A stretch of 24,600 nt of DNA, from NCBI GenBank assembly GCA_038858525.1, contig JAWCFL010000018.1:1-24600 (forward strand). The letters run 5' to 3'. The position numbers were made by a program, and so were the translations under genes. Shown here in pieces: positions 16,046 to 24,600 of this stretch; the stretch's first letter is position 1, and each line of letters starts with the position of its first letter. This DNA comes from Candidatus Jordarchaeales archaeon. GTDB lineage: Archaea > Asgardarchaeota > Jordiarchaeia > Jordiarchaeales > Freyrarchaeaceae. Under the pieces are notes generated by a model. The model searched no databases and was not told the DNA's origin. It saw only the letters and a list, made by a program, of their open reading frames with translations.

Positions 16046-17118
16046 TAATCTTCTCTTATCTTTCTAAGGAGTTCCTTGGCGTCAGCCCCAATTTTTTTCT
16101 CCACGATCATTAATGCTGCCGCGACGGCTGGTGCGTTTTCGGATACTTTCTTTCCGAGCATGTTCTTTAGGCTGTAAATCTTCGTGAAGCCTAGTTTTTC
16201 CGCCGCCTTTTTAGCCAAAAACTCCTCTCCCAGCCCGACTGTGACCACGGTGTCTATTTCTGGGTTTCTCGATGAGACCTGCTCTAGGCCTTCGACAACT
16301 TGCTCCAGCTGCTTAAGATATATGTGCTTAGCTATTTTGAGGACGTCATTTCGACTTATCTCCTCTAGGTCTGCGCAGACAACTCTAGCTATTCGCGCCA
16401 TAGAATGATAAGCGTCTTTTTCCCTCCCGTCCGCGGTTTCACAAGTGTATTCATCTTCAGATATATGTCCTAGAACAAGGTGCACGTCCGCCGTGAGGGC
16501 GAACTTTTCAGGAGACACCCTACACATGTACCCCCTTAATGGCACCCTGCTGGTTATTGCTGAAACGTTAGTTCTTAAGGCACCAGTGAAAACCAGCTCC
16601 CCGCTTATAAGCCTCTCGACGTCGCTTCTACCTTCGGGGCAGGGAACTCCTCCTCGGACGGGTATTATGTCTGTGGTGGTGCTCCCTACGTCGATGAATA
16701 TGCAGTCTCTGAAGACTTTTCCGATCATCCATCCTGTAGCGGGCCAGTTTGCGGCGGCAACCTCCATATGCCTTCCTCTAGCCTCCTCTACACCCAAAAG
16801 CTCCGCTGTACAGTTTACAACGTAGACTTCGACGCCACTGAAAGCTTCCTCAACCGAGGATAAAACATGATTAACTCCTTCCCTCTTAGTCTCATAGGCG
16901 TCAGAAAGCTCAGCGGTCATGGTGACGCAGACGCAGTCAGGCTTACCACTGCAAAGCGAACTCCTCATCCTGAGCAAAAGCTCCGGAAGCTCCCCCCTTG
17001 ACTTAGCCCATACGGGGAAGTACTCCCTAGCAGTCTTCACTCTGACATCATCATGAGTAACATCTATCACTGCAATCTTGGTGTTAGCTCCTCCAACATC
17101 CAACCCTACGAAAAGCAC
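16045..17118 (-). CDS. mfnF: Methanofuran biosynthesis protein MfnF (hydantoinase A/ASKHA family, MJ0840-like)
   Basis: GLDVGGANTK, YFPVW, MTAELSD, AAANW, DVGSTTTDIIP, GALRT, FALTADV, TCETADG and RVVCAD match MJ0840-type proteins as recalled. GTG 17118 is preferred as start (ORF open from 17157). Confidence 0.85.
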   Translation of the reverse strand: MLFVGLDVGGANTKIAVIDVTHDDVRVKTAREYFPVWAKSRGELPELLLRMRSSLCSGKPDCVCVTMTAELSDAYETKREGVNHVLSSVEEAFSGVEVYVVNCTAELLGVEEARGRHMEVAAANWPATGWMIGKVFRDCIFIDVGSTTTDIIPVRGGVPCPEGRSDVERLISGELVFTGALRTNVSAITSRVPLRGYMCRVSPEKFALTADVHLVLGHISEDEYTCETADGREKDAYHSMARIARVVCADLEEISRNDVLKIAKHIYLKQLEQVVEGLEQVSSRNPEIDTVVTVGLGEEFLAKKAAEKLGFTKIYSLKNMLGKKVSENAPAVAAALMIVEKKIGADAKELLRKIRED

Positions 17119-17254
17119 CAGCCCACCCTCACAAAATGCTTTAAACACTATTTTCAAGCTACTGCTGAGTTAGGCTTCTTCATAATCACTGCTGCTACTG
17201 AATAAAATACGGGGCCCTCTTAAAGCCGCTACGTGTATAAGTGAGCCTTTATGT

Positions 17255-18388
17255 TTAAGACTGTATGCCCGCCTTCACTAATGCCTCCCTCACGTTTCTT
17301 CCATGGCAAACTATGAAGTGTTCCTTGTTTATTGAAACCTTCCAGTCGGCTGATTCAATATTGATGGAGGTTTTCCTGAATGCTGCTCCCCCCTTAACCC
17401 TAACTTTTCCCGGCGTCACCCCTTTAGTGCATGCGTCAAATATGTGTCTTGCAATGTTTTCTTGCACGACTTTTCTCGCTCCCAGATAGGATGTGGTGAT
17501 GCGAGGATTAACCTCCATAACGAAAGCCTCTCCAGGAGTGAGAACTAGGTCCACGCCAACATACCCCTTCAAGCCGGGAATGCTGGAAGCCAGCCTCTCA
17601 GCTGTCCTTAACGCCTCCTTCCTCCTCCTGTGCTTAAGCGGAACATATCCCCCCTCATACCGCAACACCCCCCTATCTCCACGTGAGATGAACTGGGCGT
17701 TGAGTGTTAATGGGCTCGCCTTCCCCTCGCCTACTATGACACCTACGCTTGCATCAACCCCCTCTACGTATTCCTGAACGATCACCTTCCCAGTTCCGGA
17801 CGCCCTCACCGCGAGCTCGGCGGCCATTTCAGCATTTCCTTCATCCCAAACCATGCTTACTCCTTCGCACCCAACACCATCAATGGGCTTGAAAACAGAT
17901 GGAAAGCCCACTTCCTCCGCTTTTCTTAAGGCATCCTCAACGCCTTCAGCCTCCAGGGTGAAAGGAGTCTTTAGACCGGCTTCCTCCGCCAACCTAAGGG
18001 TCTCCATCTTGTTCGTGGTCAGCGCCACACCAATTGACCCCGGTCCCAGGTGGACTTTCCCTTTTCTCTCAATATCTTTTACGAGGCTATATAGTGTTCC
18101 TCCACTTTCGGGAGCGATGACAAGGCAGTAATCCGCTTCGTCAACTCCCTCCCGAAAACTAACTCGTCTGACGCTAACCCCCCTGCTTTCAAAACTCCCC
18201 GATAAATGCTCAATTCTACTGTTTATTGTTGTTGTGGTGTTGAATCCAGCAGCGGAAAAATCCTCGGTTACGCCGAGAAGCATAGCTAATCCCTCAACAG
18301 CAACATCAGCGTGAAGTCCCTCGTCACCTGTCCCCTCCCCGGAAAGAAACTCGTAAATGAATACCTTCTCATTTCTCAACCCATTCAC
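17255..18388 (-). CDS. mfnD: ATP-grasp protein, tyramine--L-glutamate ligase MfnD-like (MJ0815-like)
   Basis: FIYE, EGLAML, IAPESGGTLY, KPIDGVGCEG, QEYVEG, LTLNAQ, GYVGVD and EVNPRITTS; directly upstream of mfnF on the same strand. Confidence 0.8.
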   Translation of the reverse strand: MNGLRNEKVFIYEFLSGEGTGDEGLHADVAVEGLAMLLGVTEDFSAAGFNTTTTINSRIEHLSGSFESRGVSVRRVSFREGVDEADYCLVIAPESGGTLYSLVKDIERKGKVHLGPGSIGVALTTNKMETLRLAEEAGLKTPFTLEAEGVEDALRKAEEVGFPSVFKPIDGVGCEGVSMVWDEGNAEMAAELAVRASGTGKVIVQEYVEGVDASVGVIVGEGKASPLTLNAQFISRGDRGVLRYEGGYVPLKHRRRKEALRTAERLASSIPGLKGYVGVDLVLTPGEAFVMEVNPRITTSYLGARKVVQENIARHIFDACTKGVTPGKVRVKGGAAFRKTSINIESADWKVSINKEHFIVCHGRNVREALVKAGIQS

Positions 18389-18397
18389 TCCTCCATT

Positions 18398-18427
18398 TCA
18401 TCTCCGGAACGCTGTTTTGCTTATCAT
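18398..18427 (-). other. Short upstream ORF (MISKTAFRR-TGA) in frame with mfnD
   Basis: GAGGAGG RBS precedes ATG 18427. The TGA at 18400-18398 is in frame with the mfnD GTG at 18388, which has its own GGAGG. Confidence 0.35.
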
Positions 18428-18568
18428 GTCCTCCTCGATACATTTTTAACTTAAAGCCTTCGTAAAGATAATACTGAAACCCCGTTTTTCAAGCTTTAAC
18501 ATTTTCATGCATTAATTTCTTCACACAGTTTGCTCCTTAACTCCGTTCAAGAAAGGGGGAGAAAAGGG

Positions 18569-19303
18569 GTGCATGTGATACCTGTAATGGACTTGAAGGG
18601 CGGCGTCGTGGTGCACGCCAGGTGCGGAGTAAGAAGCGAGTACGCACCGATTAAATCCGTTCTTCACCCGTCATCAGACCCGATGAGCATCATGTATGCA
18701 TTCAAGAAGTTCGGCTTCACCGAGCTATACATTGCAGACATAGACGCCATAGAAGGGAGAGCTCCAAACCTCGGGGCGATAAGGTCCATTGTGAGGCGCT
18801 CATCAATGAAGATAATGGTTGACGCAGGCGTAAAGGACACGAAGTCCGTGGAGACCTTGCTTAGAGCACACGTCTCAAGCGTCATCCTAGCAACCGAGTC
18901 CATACCTTCCCCCTCATTCGTCTCAGATTGCGTCAGACTCTACGGCGAAAAAATTGTTGGGAGTCTCGACCTGCGCGACGAGACGGTGTTGGCAAGAAGC
19001 TCCGAGGTCTCATTAATGTCCCCCTTAGAGGCTGCTAAGATGTTCGAGGATGCAGGTATACGGTCACTCATAGTTGTCGACCTTTCACGGGTCGGCACAA
19101 GTAGTGGCCCCCCTATAAAGCTCCTTAAAAATCTTGTGAGCCGCCTCTCAATACCCATTATAGCTGGAGGCGGCGTCAGAAACATCGAAGACCTAAAACT
19201 ACTTAGAGAAATCGGTGTAGCGGGAGCACTAGTGGCCACAGCACTCCATACTGGAGAAATAACCCCCAAAAAACTTCAAGAATTCCTAACGGTCCCAGCT
19301 TAA
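18569..19303 (+). CDS. HisA/HisF-related TIM-barrel protein (MJ0703-like, H4MPT/methanofuran-linked)
   Basis: VIPVMDLKGGVVVHA, LYIADIDAIEG, MVDAG, GSLDLRD, VDLSRVGTSSG, IAGGGVRN and ATALHTG. Divergent from mfnD. GTG 18569 follows GGGGGAG. Confidence 0.8.
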   Translation: MHVIPVMDLKGGVVVHARCGVRSEYAPIKSVLHPSSDPMSIMYAFKKFGFTELYIADIDAIEGRAPNLGAIRSIVRRSSMKIMVDAGVKDTKSVETLLRAHVSSVILATESIPSPSFVSDCVRLYGEKIVGSLDLRDETVLARSSEVSLMSPLEAAKMFEDAGIRSLIVVDLSRVGTSSGPPIKLLKNLVSRLSIPIIAGGGVRNIEDLKLLREIGVAGALVATALHTGEITPKKLQEFLTVPA

Positions 19304-19348
19304 AGTTAACCTCACAAGCAAAAGAGCCCCCAAACAATAGAAAGAAAG

Positions 19349-20212
19349 TTAGTAGAGTAGGCTTATCACTCTCAATTCTCCATCTGCTAGTTCACCTATT
19401 TTGGCGTTGACTGGAATAGTGTAGTTTGCTGCGGAGAACAGGCTCAGCACTCTACTCTTGAAGTACCATTTGAACCCTTGCGGGAAAGCTTCATGCGCTC
19501 TTACCATGACCTCGACGCCGTTTCTATCGGCGAAATCCGTGAAGACGTCCTCACCGAAAACATATATGCCTGGGCCCCTCGGGCTCGGGCTGAACCCCCT
19601 AATACCCTCCTGGGGATCATTCCAGAGAACTTGGAATGCCACCGGGTCGCTTACGTCCTCCTCTCGGGGGAGAATTCTCAGCTGGCTGAGCCTTTCGAGC
19701 TCCTTGGCTATCCCTCCGTGGAGACATAGAATTTCTTCGTTAAGCAAGCAGGCGTAGGGTAGTAAAGAGAAAATCGACACATAGGCTTCGTAGAGAGATG
19801 GGCTGTATTTCCTTGATACAGCTTCGATGAAGCCGTAGTACTGGTTGGCGAGCGGCGTTTCATGGTTTCCTCTAAGCAGTATAACCCTGTCAGGGTACTC
19901 CAGCTTGAGAGAAAGGACATAGTTCATGTTTCCCACTTGCTCGCTTCCCCTATCAACGTAATCACCAAGAAAGACTAGAAGGTCGTATTTGGAGGAAAAG
20001 AACTTTTTTACAGCGGCTATGGTGGAAGGCAGGTCCCCATGAGTGTCCCCGACGAAAATCACTCTTTCGCCCTCAGCCTCAAGGTATGGGGCCTCGCCCT
20101 CCATGGCCTTTGAAGCCTCGTGAATCAGCTCCTTAACCTCTCCCTCTCTAAGCCTAGATGCCAGCCACGGGTTTTCAACGACCTCGGAGCTCCTAAAAGT
20201 CACATTTATCAC
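19349..20212 (-). CDS. Ser/Thr protein phosphatase, PPP family (PP1-arch-like)
   Basis: GDTHGD, GDYVDRG, LRGNHE, HGG, LWNDP, RAHE and LFSAANY: the full PPP motif set. Confidence 0.9.
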   Translation of the reverse strand: MINVTFRSSEVVENPWLASRLREGEVKELIHEASKAMEGEAPYLEAEGERVIFVGDTHGDLPSTIAAVKKFFSSKYDLLVFLGDYVDRGSEQVGNMNYVLSLKLEYPDRVILLRGNHETPLANQYYGFIEAVSRKYSPSLYEAYVSIFSLLPYACLLNEEILCLHGGIAKELERLSQLRILPREEDVSDPVAFQVLWNDPQEGIRGFSPSPRGPGIYVFGEDVFTDFADRNGVEVMVRAHEAFPQGFKWYFKSRVLSLFSAANYTIPVNAKIGELADGELRVISLLY

Positions 20213-20213
20213 C

Positions 20214-22226
20214 TTACCCGCTTTCGAAGAACGTCCTTATCATCCTCTCCACGGTTTGGAAAGGCGTTCTCGGGTCAACGTAAGTCGTCCTTTCAGCCAG
20301 CCAAGGTGAAAGTCTCTTCCTGCTCTCCCTCCAGCTATATCTTGCATCGAGTAGGACGCCGACGGCGTAGTCGTCCTTGTGTCTCCAAACCCTTCCAAGG
20401 GACTGGTTGACTGCGTTGAACGAGTGGTCGAGGTACCACTTTCTCCCCATTCCTTTCTCAACTCTTTCATAGTATTCCTTTTGAGCCATAACTTTTGGGT
20501 CCGATACGTTAGGGTAAGGTATCCCAACCATGATCGCCCCCCTTCCCGCCTCGTCGGGGAAGTTGGCTCCCTCGCTCAGCTTCCCCCTAACCACGGCGAA
20601 CAAAACCGCCCTTTCCTTCTCCGCCGTCCTTCTGTAGGAGTCAAAGAGTGAAGCTGTGCTTCCTGCAGACTCTATGAAGACCGCCGCGTCCATAGAGCCC
20701 AAAACCCCGTACGTGTTCCAAATGTTCAACATCTGATTCATGACGTGGTACGCCGGGAAGAACACTATTGTCCCGTTCGGAATGTTCCTCACTATCCTAG
20801 TGACCGCCTCTCCATACTCTAAGATCGTTTTCTCGTCCTCCCTCGCCTCGTATCTTGTGGTGAGCGTCCGCCCGTTCGGCCCCTTCCCGACAGCTAAAAC
20901 CATGATGTTCTCCTTCGCTATGACTGAAGGATAACTCTTTTTGAGCGCTTCGGGGACACCTAGACGAGCGGCTATGCCGTCCAGGGGGGATAATGTGCCG
21001 CTCGTAAGTATAACCGCTTTTGGCTTCTCGGACATGACCTCTTCGAACGCTACTCTTGGATCCAGGCACATCCATTCGAGCGACGGACTCTTCTCTTCCT
21101 CAGTGTTCCAGAATCCGACGTAGGCGTCCTCTCTGCTCGACGTTAACGCTTCCATGAAAGCATAAACCTGAGCAACCCTCATCCTGTCAAGGATAACCAC
21201 TCTTCCCCTCTTAGCCATAAGCTCCCTTTGAATGTTTATTATGAGAGGCCATCCCTCCAGAAACTCTTCCAGCCTCTCCGGCGTCACGCCGTTTTCCTCC
21301 ATTTCACGGAGGACCATGCCTTTCGTTAGGAGCTCGTTCCCTTTGAAGTCGGCATGATTAAAGAACCTCAGGAGAAACGCGAGGAAAGATTCCACGTCAG
21401 AAGCCCAGGGCCTGTCAACTTCCTTGACCTCATCGACCGCTCTCTCAACCGTCCTCTTTGAGAGCACGTAGGACTTGGTTTCCTTACAGAAATCCTCTAT
21501 GTTGTGTGCCTCGTCCATGACCACTATGTGCCCCCCAAATTCAGGGTCTAGGAAAAGATAATTGTATGCGCCTATGACAACCCTGTAAACTTGGGAGAGC
21601 AACTTCGCCAAGTAATAGGGACAAATGCTCCTGCTCTCACCATAACTCAGTAGGCTCTCAACGCTCGCGACAGTCGGAACGTTACGCGGCACATACCCTG
21701 GAATCTCAACCCTCCTCCCCTCAAACTCGCAGTATAAAGACAGGTCTGACGGGAGCTGGTCTTGGCTCGAGAGAGTTATGTCGGGTCTGTGAAGAGAGAG
21801 CTCCGCGAGGCTAACGTCATCCTCCCTGCTCCTGATCCTTGAAAGGCAGACCTCGTCAGCCCTCAAGTGGTCGTCCATCTCCCTCACCTCCCTGTCAAGG
21901 CAGAGCTGGATTCTTGATCCCCTCACAACGCCCGTGAAGCCGTAGCCTAAAGCGTTAATTCTTTCCAGCTCGCAAGCCACCTGCCTCATCTGAGTATGAG
22001 TCCTAGAGTAGTAAAAGAGCCTGCAATGGTAAGGCAGAGTGGCTGAAAGCAGGGAGATCGTCTTGCCGAACCCCGTCGGCGCCTCCAGGAAGCCGACACC
22101 CCCCTCCTCGACAAGCTTGAACACGTCCTTCATGTATTGAAGCTGAGCCGGGTAAGGCTTGTAAGGCATAAACTCCCTGAACCTTTCTTCAATAGTCTCA
22201 CTCAAAGAAACCACGCTCGCAAACAC
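20214..22226 (-). CDS. Rad3/XPD-family 5'-3' Fe-S DNA helicase (RTEL1/FANCJ/DDX11-like motifs)
   Basis: APTGFGKT, SRTHTQ, four Cys (LCL, VCL, YCE, CPYY), DEAHN, TSGTLSP, GKLSEG and QSLGRVWRHKDDY. Confidence 0.9.
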   Translation of the reverse strand: MFASVVSLSETIEERFREFMPYKPYPAQLQYMKDVFKLVEEGGVGFLEAPTGFGKTISLLSATLPYHCRLFYYSRTHTQMRQVACELERINALGYGFTGVVRGSRIQLCLDREVREMDDHLRADEVCLSRIRSREDDVSLAELSLHRPDITLSSQDQLPSDLSLYCEFEGRRVEIPGYVPRNVPTVASVESLLSYGESRSICPYYLAKLLSQVYRVVIGAYNYLFLDPEFGGHIVVMDEAHNIEDFCKETKSYVLSKRTVERAVDEVKEVDRPWASDVESFLAFLLRFFNHADFKGNELLTKGMVLREMEENGVTPERLEEFLEGWPLIINIQRELMAKRGRVVILDRMRVAQVYAFMEALTSSREDAYVGFWNTEEEKSPSLEWMCLDPRVAFEEVMSEKPKAVILTSGTLSPLDGIAARLGVPEALKKSYPSVIAKENIMVLAVGKGPNGRTLTTRYEAREDEKTILEYGEAVTRIVRNIPNGTIVFFPAYHVMNQMLNIWNTYGVLGSMDAAVFIESAGSTASLFDSYRRTAEKERAVLFAVVRGKLSEGANFPDEAGRGAIMVGIPYPNVSDPKVMAQKEYYERVEKGMGRKWYLDHSFNAVNQSLGRVWRHKDDYAVGVLLDARYSWRESRKRLSPWLAERTTYVDPRTPFQTVERMIRTFFESG

Positions 22227-22270
22227 TCAACAGACGTAACAAACACCAAACTAAAATTTTTCGTTTGACG

Positions 22271-23623
22271 CTAAAGCTTAAGCTGGCTCTTTATGCGGAG
22301 AACCTTCTCCACAGCCTCCGTCGCGGTCTGAGCTAGAACCCTCACCATTCCTTCCTTCCCATATCCGCCCTCATCATATATTACGTCAGGCACCCTCATC
22401 GCCTTCTGAATGGCTTGCTCCACCCCCCACTGGAGGCTTCTCCCCTCCACTGAACGGACATCCTCAGGCTCCTCCTTCCTGTCAAACCCGGCAACGATGA
22501 ACCCAGCCTTCCTGCAAGCCTCAATTATGTCTGGAGAGTACTTCAAGTTTATGGCCGCCCTTATTCCGGGATCATACTCCATCACCTTAAGTATCACCCT
22601 CGCTATGTGGCTTGAAGCACCAAACTTCGGACACCCCAACGCCCTAGCGCGCCCCCTGAAGCCAGCTATTCTGCCTTCCACCGCCGCAACGTCCTCAACT
22701 CCCCTAGCGAAACTGGCCGCCATTCCAACGTTCATCCTAACCTCAGGTATCAAAGCGTCCATGTTCTTCTCAGCCTCAAGCATCTCCACAGCCCTCTCAA
22801 CATCGCTTATGACCCGCCACTTCTCAGCTTCCTGCTGGAGGAGCACCAGGGGGTTCGCCGGCTTCCTCCCCCTCCCCACGTCGACAGGATAACAGAAAAC
22901 CTTCTCAACGTAGCTTTCAGCTTTCTCCACGGCTGAGGGCAACGGCTCGCCCATTGCAATGAAGGCCGTGATGGCGGCGGAGAAGCAGCACCCCCTCCCG
23001 TGGCTCACTCCCTCCCTAACCCTCATCTTCTCGAAAACTCTCGTCTCCCCCCCAGCATACATCACGTCCACAACAACATTCTTGTCCTCGTCTAGGTGGC
23101 CTCCCTTAACCACAACCACCTCAGCCCCCCTTGAGGCTATAGCCTTAGCTGCCTCCTCCATGTCCCTAACAGTCTTGATCTGCATGTCCGCTATGAGTGA
23201 GGCCTCCGCGACGTTGGGTGTAACCACCGTAGCCCTCGGGACAAGCTGGTCGATTATTGCTTTCTCAGCGGAGGGTGAAGCCAGCCTCTCACCTGACCCA
23301 GCCCAAATTATTGGGTCGACCACGAGCGGAAAGCCGTACTCATCCTCTATAGTACACACTACGTCGACGGTTTCTTTATCCCTCAACATGCCTGTCTTGG
23401 CCGCGTTAATTTCGAGGTCCTCCATTAAAACGTCGACTTGAGCCATGATTATTTCGGGAGGAACAACGTATATGTCCCTCACGTGGACAGTGTTCTGGGC
23501 TGTGACGGCAGTCAGGGCGCAGACACCGTGGACCCCGAGTGAAGCGAACGTCTTTAAGTCCATCTGGACGCCTGCCCCTCCCAGAGGGTCAGAGCCAGCG
23601 ATGGTAAGAGCGACTGGAACCAT
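22271..23623 (-). CDS. thiDN: Bifunctional HMP/HMP-P kinase - thiamine-phosphate synthase (ThiD-ThiN fusion)
   Basis: [41 protein letters not shown] and KGGH, then the ThiN domain [31 protein letters not shown] 23623 follows GGAGGAG; the ORF-track extension to 23878 overlaps pstK and is spurious. Confidence 0.92.
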   Translation of the reverse strand: MVPVALTIAGSDPLGGAGVQMDLKTFASLGVHGVCALTAVTAQNTVHVRDIYVVPPEIIMAQVDVLMEDLEINAAKTGMLRDKETVDVVCTIEDEYGFPLVVDPIIWAGSGERLASPSAEKAIIDQLVPRATVVTPNVAEASLIADMQIKTVRDMEEAAKAIASRGAEVVVVKGGHLDEDKNVVVDVMYAGGETRVFEKMRVREGVSHGRGCCFSAAITAFIAMGEPLPSAVEKAESYVEKVFCYPVDVGRGRKPANPLVLLQQEAEKWRVISDVERAVEMLEAEKNMDALIPEVRMNVGMAASFARGVEDVAAVEGRIAGFRGRARALGCPKFGASSHIARVILKVMEYDPGIRAAINLKYSPDIIEACRKAGFIVAGFDRKEEPEDVRSVEGRSLQWGVEQAIQKAMRVPDVIYDEGGYGKEGMVRVLAQTATEAVEKVLRIKSQLKL

Positions 23624-23698
23624 GACAACTCCTCCAGTAAAAAAATAGGGGGGCAACGATTTAAAACATTTCACAACACCATTTTTTGTAGAGCCTCT

Positions 23699-24502
23699 TT
23701 GGAGGGAGCCGTTATTTTTTCCACGCAGCACAGAAAGTTCCTCGTGATCCTCTGCGGCATCCCGAGTAGCGGTAAAACCACGCTCGCCACACGCCTCGCC
23801 CTCCTCATGGAGCGCAGTGGAGCACCAACAGCGGTTGTAGGCTCCGACGACTTCCGCAGGATGATGCCCCTTTACCAAGAACGTTTTCCTCCGGACAGGG
23901 AGCCAATAATAAGGAAGGCGACGCTGCGCACCATAGCCTTCTTCCTAGGGAGAGGGGTGAGCGTGGTGAGCGACGACACAAACTACTACTCCTCGATGCG
24001 CCACGAGCTGGTTGAGCTGGCTAGGCGGGCAGGCGCAATTCACGCCATAGTCTCCATTGAAACGCCGCTCGAAGTGGCCATTAAATGGAACGAGGAGAGG
24101 GGGCTCCCTATACCTCGAAGCGTTATAGAATCTATAAGCGAGAAGTTCGAGAGGCCCGGATCTAAGTACAAGTGGGATAGATGCCTAGCTAGCTTCGACC
24201 TCTCAAAGACTCCGGCTGATGAAGCTGCCAAAGAAGTTCTCAAGCTCCTCTTCTCCCTGAAGCATGAAGAGAAAACCGTTGCGTCTTCGAGCAGCGTGGC
24301 GAACGAGATCGACAAGGCTACGCGGAAAGTGGTTTCCGAGGCTGTTAGGCGTGCGCCGTCAGCCGCCAAGGTGCTCAGCGAGACGCGAAAAGCCTTCGTT
24401 AAGGAAGCGTTAAAAGCAGGTCTTACGAAAGTTGAAGCCGAGAGCATCTTCAGGAAGCGGGTCGAGGAGGTTCTAAATGGACTGGACGCCGAGGGACGGT
24501 GA
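23699..24502 (+). CDS. pstK: L-seryl-tRNA(Sec) kinase (PSTK; KTI12/PSTK family)
   Basis: ILCGIPSSGKT, GSDDFR, DDTNYYSSMR, NEERG, FERPGSKYKWD and C-terminal IDKATRKVVSE closely follow M. jannaschii PSTK (MJ1538) as recalled, including the tRNA-anchoring C-terminal domain. Confidence 0.85.
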   Translation: MEGAVIFSTQHRKFLVILCGIPSSGKTTLATRLALLMERSGAPTAVVGSDDFRRMMPLYQERFPPDREPIIRKATLRTIAFFLGRGVSVVSDDTNYYSSMRHELVELARRAGAIHAIVSIETPLEVAIKWNEERGLPIPRSVIESISEKFERPGSKYKWDRCLASFDLSKTPADEAAKEVLKLLFSLKHEEKTVASSSSVANEIDKATRKVVSEAVRRAPSAAKVLSETRKAFVKEALKAGLTKVEAESIFRKRVEEVLNGLDAEGR

Positions 24503-24600
24503 CATCCTCCTAACAGACGACGACCTCATCTTCTACACTATGGGCTATGCTCACCCGGAGGACAGAGTGATCTCCTACTTGAAGTATGTGCCGCTAAGCT
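24477..24600 (+). CDS. 5' part of a predicted archaeal nucleotidyltransferase (COG1665-like), runs off the window
   Basis: Not in the ORF track. ATG 24477 gives MDWTPRDGDILLTDDDLIFYTMGYAHPEDRVISYLKYVPLS, matching the RD..L.T...LIF.V.GY.HP.DR...YLKY N-terminal pattern. Overlaps the pstK end by 26 nt. Confidence 0.65.
   Translation, partial: MDWTPRDGDILLTDDDLIFYTMGYAHPEDRVISYLKYVPLS

Noticed and set aside
23624-23878. 85-codon N-terminal extension of ThiDN in the ORF track
   Set aside because: It overlaps pstK on the other strand and the divergent promoter; homology and the GGAGGAG RBS point to ATG 23623.
1-24600. CRISPR array, rRNA, intact transposase or integrase
   Set aside because: No regularly spaced direct repeats, rRNA-like tracts or transposase/recombinase motifs were seen; the only tandem repeats are short coding ones.

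Overview
Gene-dense chromosomal window from an archaeon, probably thermophilic (GGAGG-type ribosome-binding sites, frequent GTG/TTG starts, E/K/V/R-rich proteins, a PaREP1 remnant). The gene mix (PSTK, methanofuran genes, an alpha-SNAP-like protein, an RTEL1/FANCJ-like helicase) suggests an Asgard-type lineage such as Jordarchaeia/Freyarchaeia; this is inference only. Left part (0.4-8.3 kb): a surface-glycosylation cluster with two GT-C-type membrane proteins, a GT2, a SAM methyltransferase, a short UDP-glucose dehydrogenase and an NAD-dependent epimerase, plus two decayed genes in or beside it (PaREP1, winged-helix). Middle (9-16 kb): stand-alone NfeD, PHP hydrolase, a Lys/Ala-rich protein with an H1-like tail, an alpha-SNAP-like/Ig-repeat protein, a tandem USP-like protein, a DUF2240 protein with a PIP-box-like tail and a structured intergenic region. 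Right part (16-24.6 kb): mfnF, mfnD and a HisA-like gene, then thiDN, an Fe-S helicase and a PPP phosphatase co-oriented on the minus strand, then pstK and the start of a COG1665-type nucleotidyltransferase. No CRISPR array, rRNA, tRNA or intact mobile element was seen. All family calls come from motif recognition by eye; no database searches were run.
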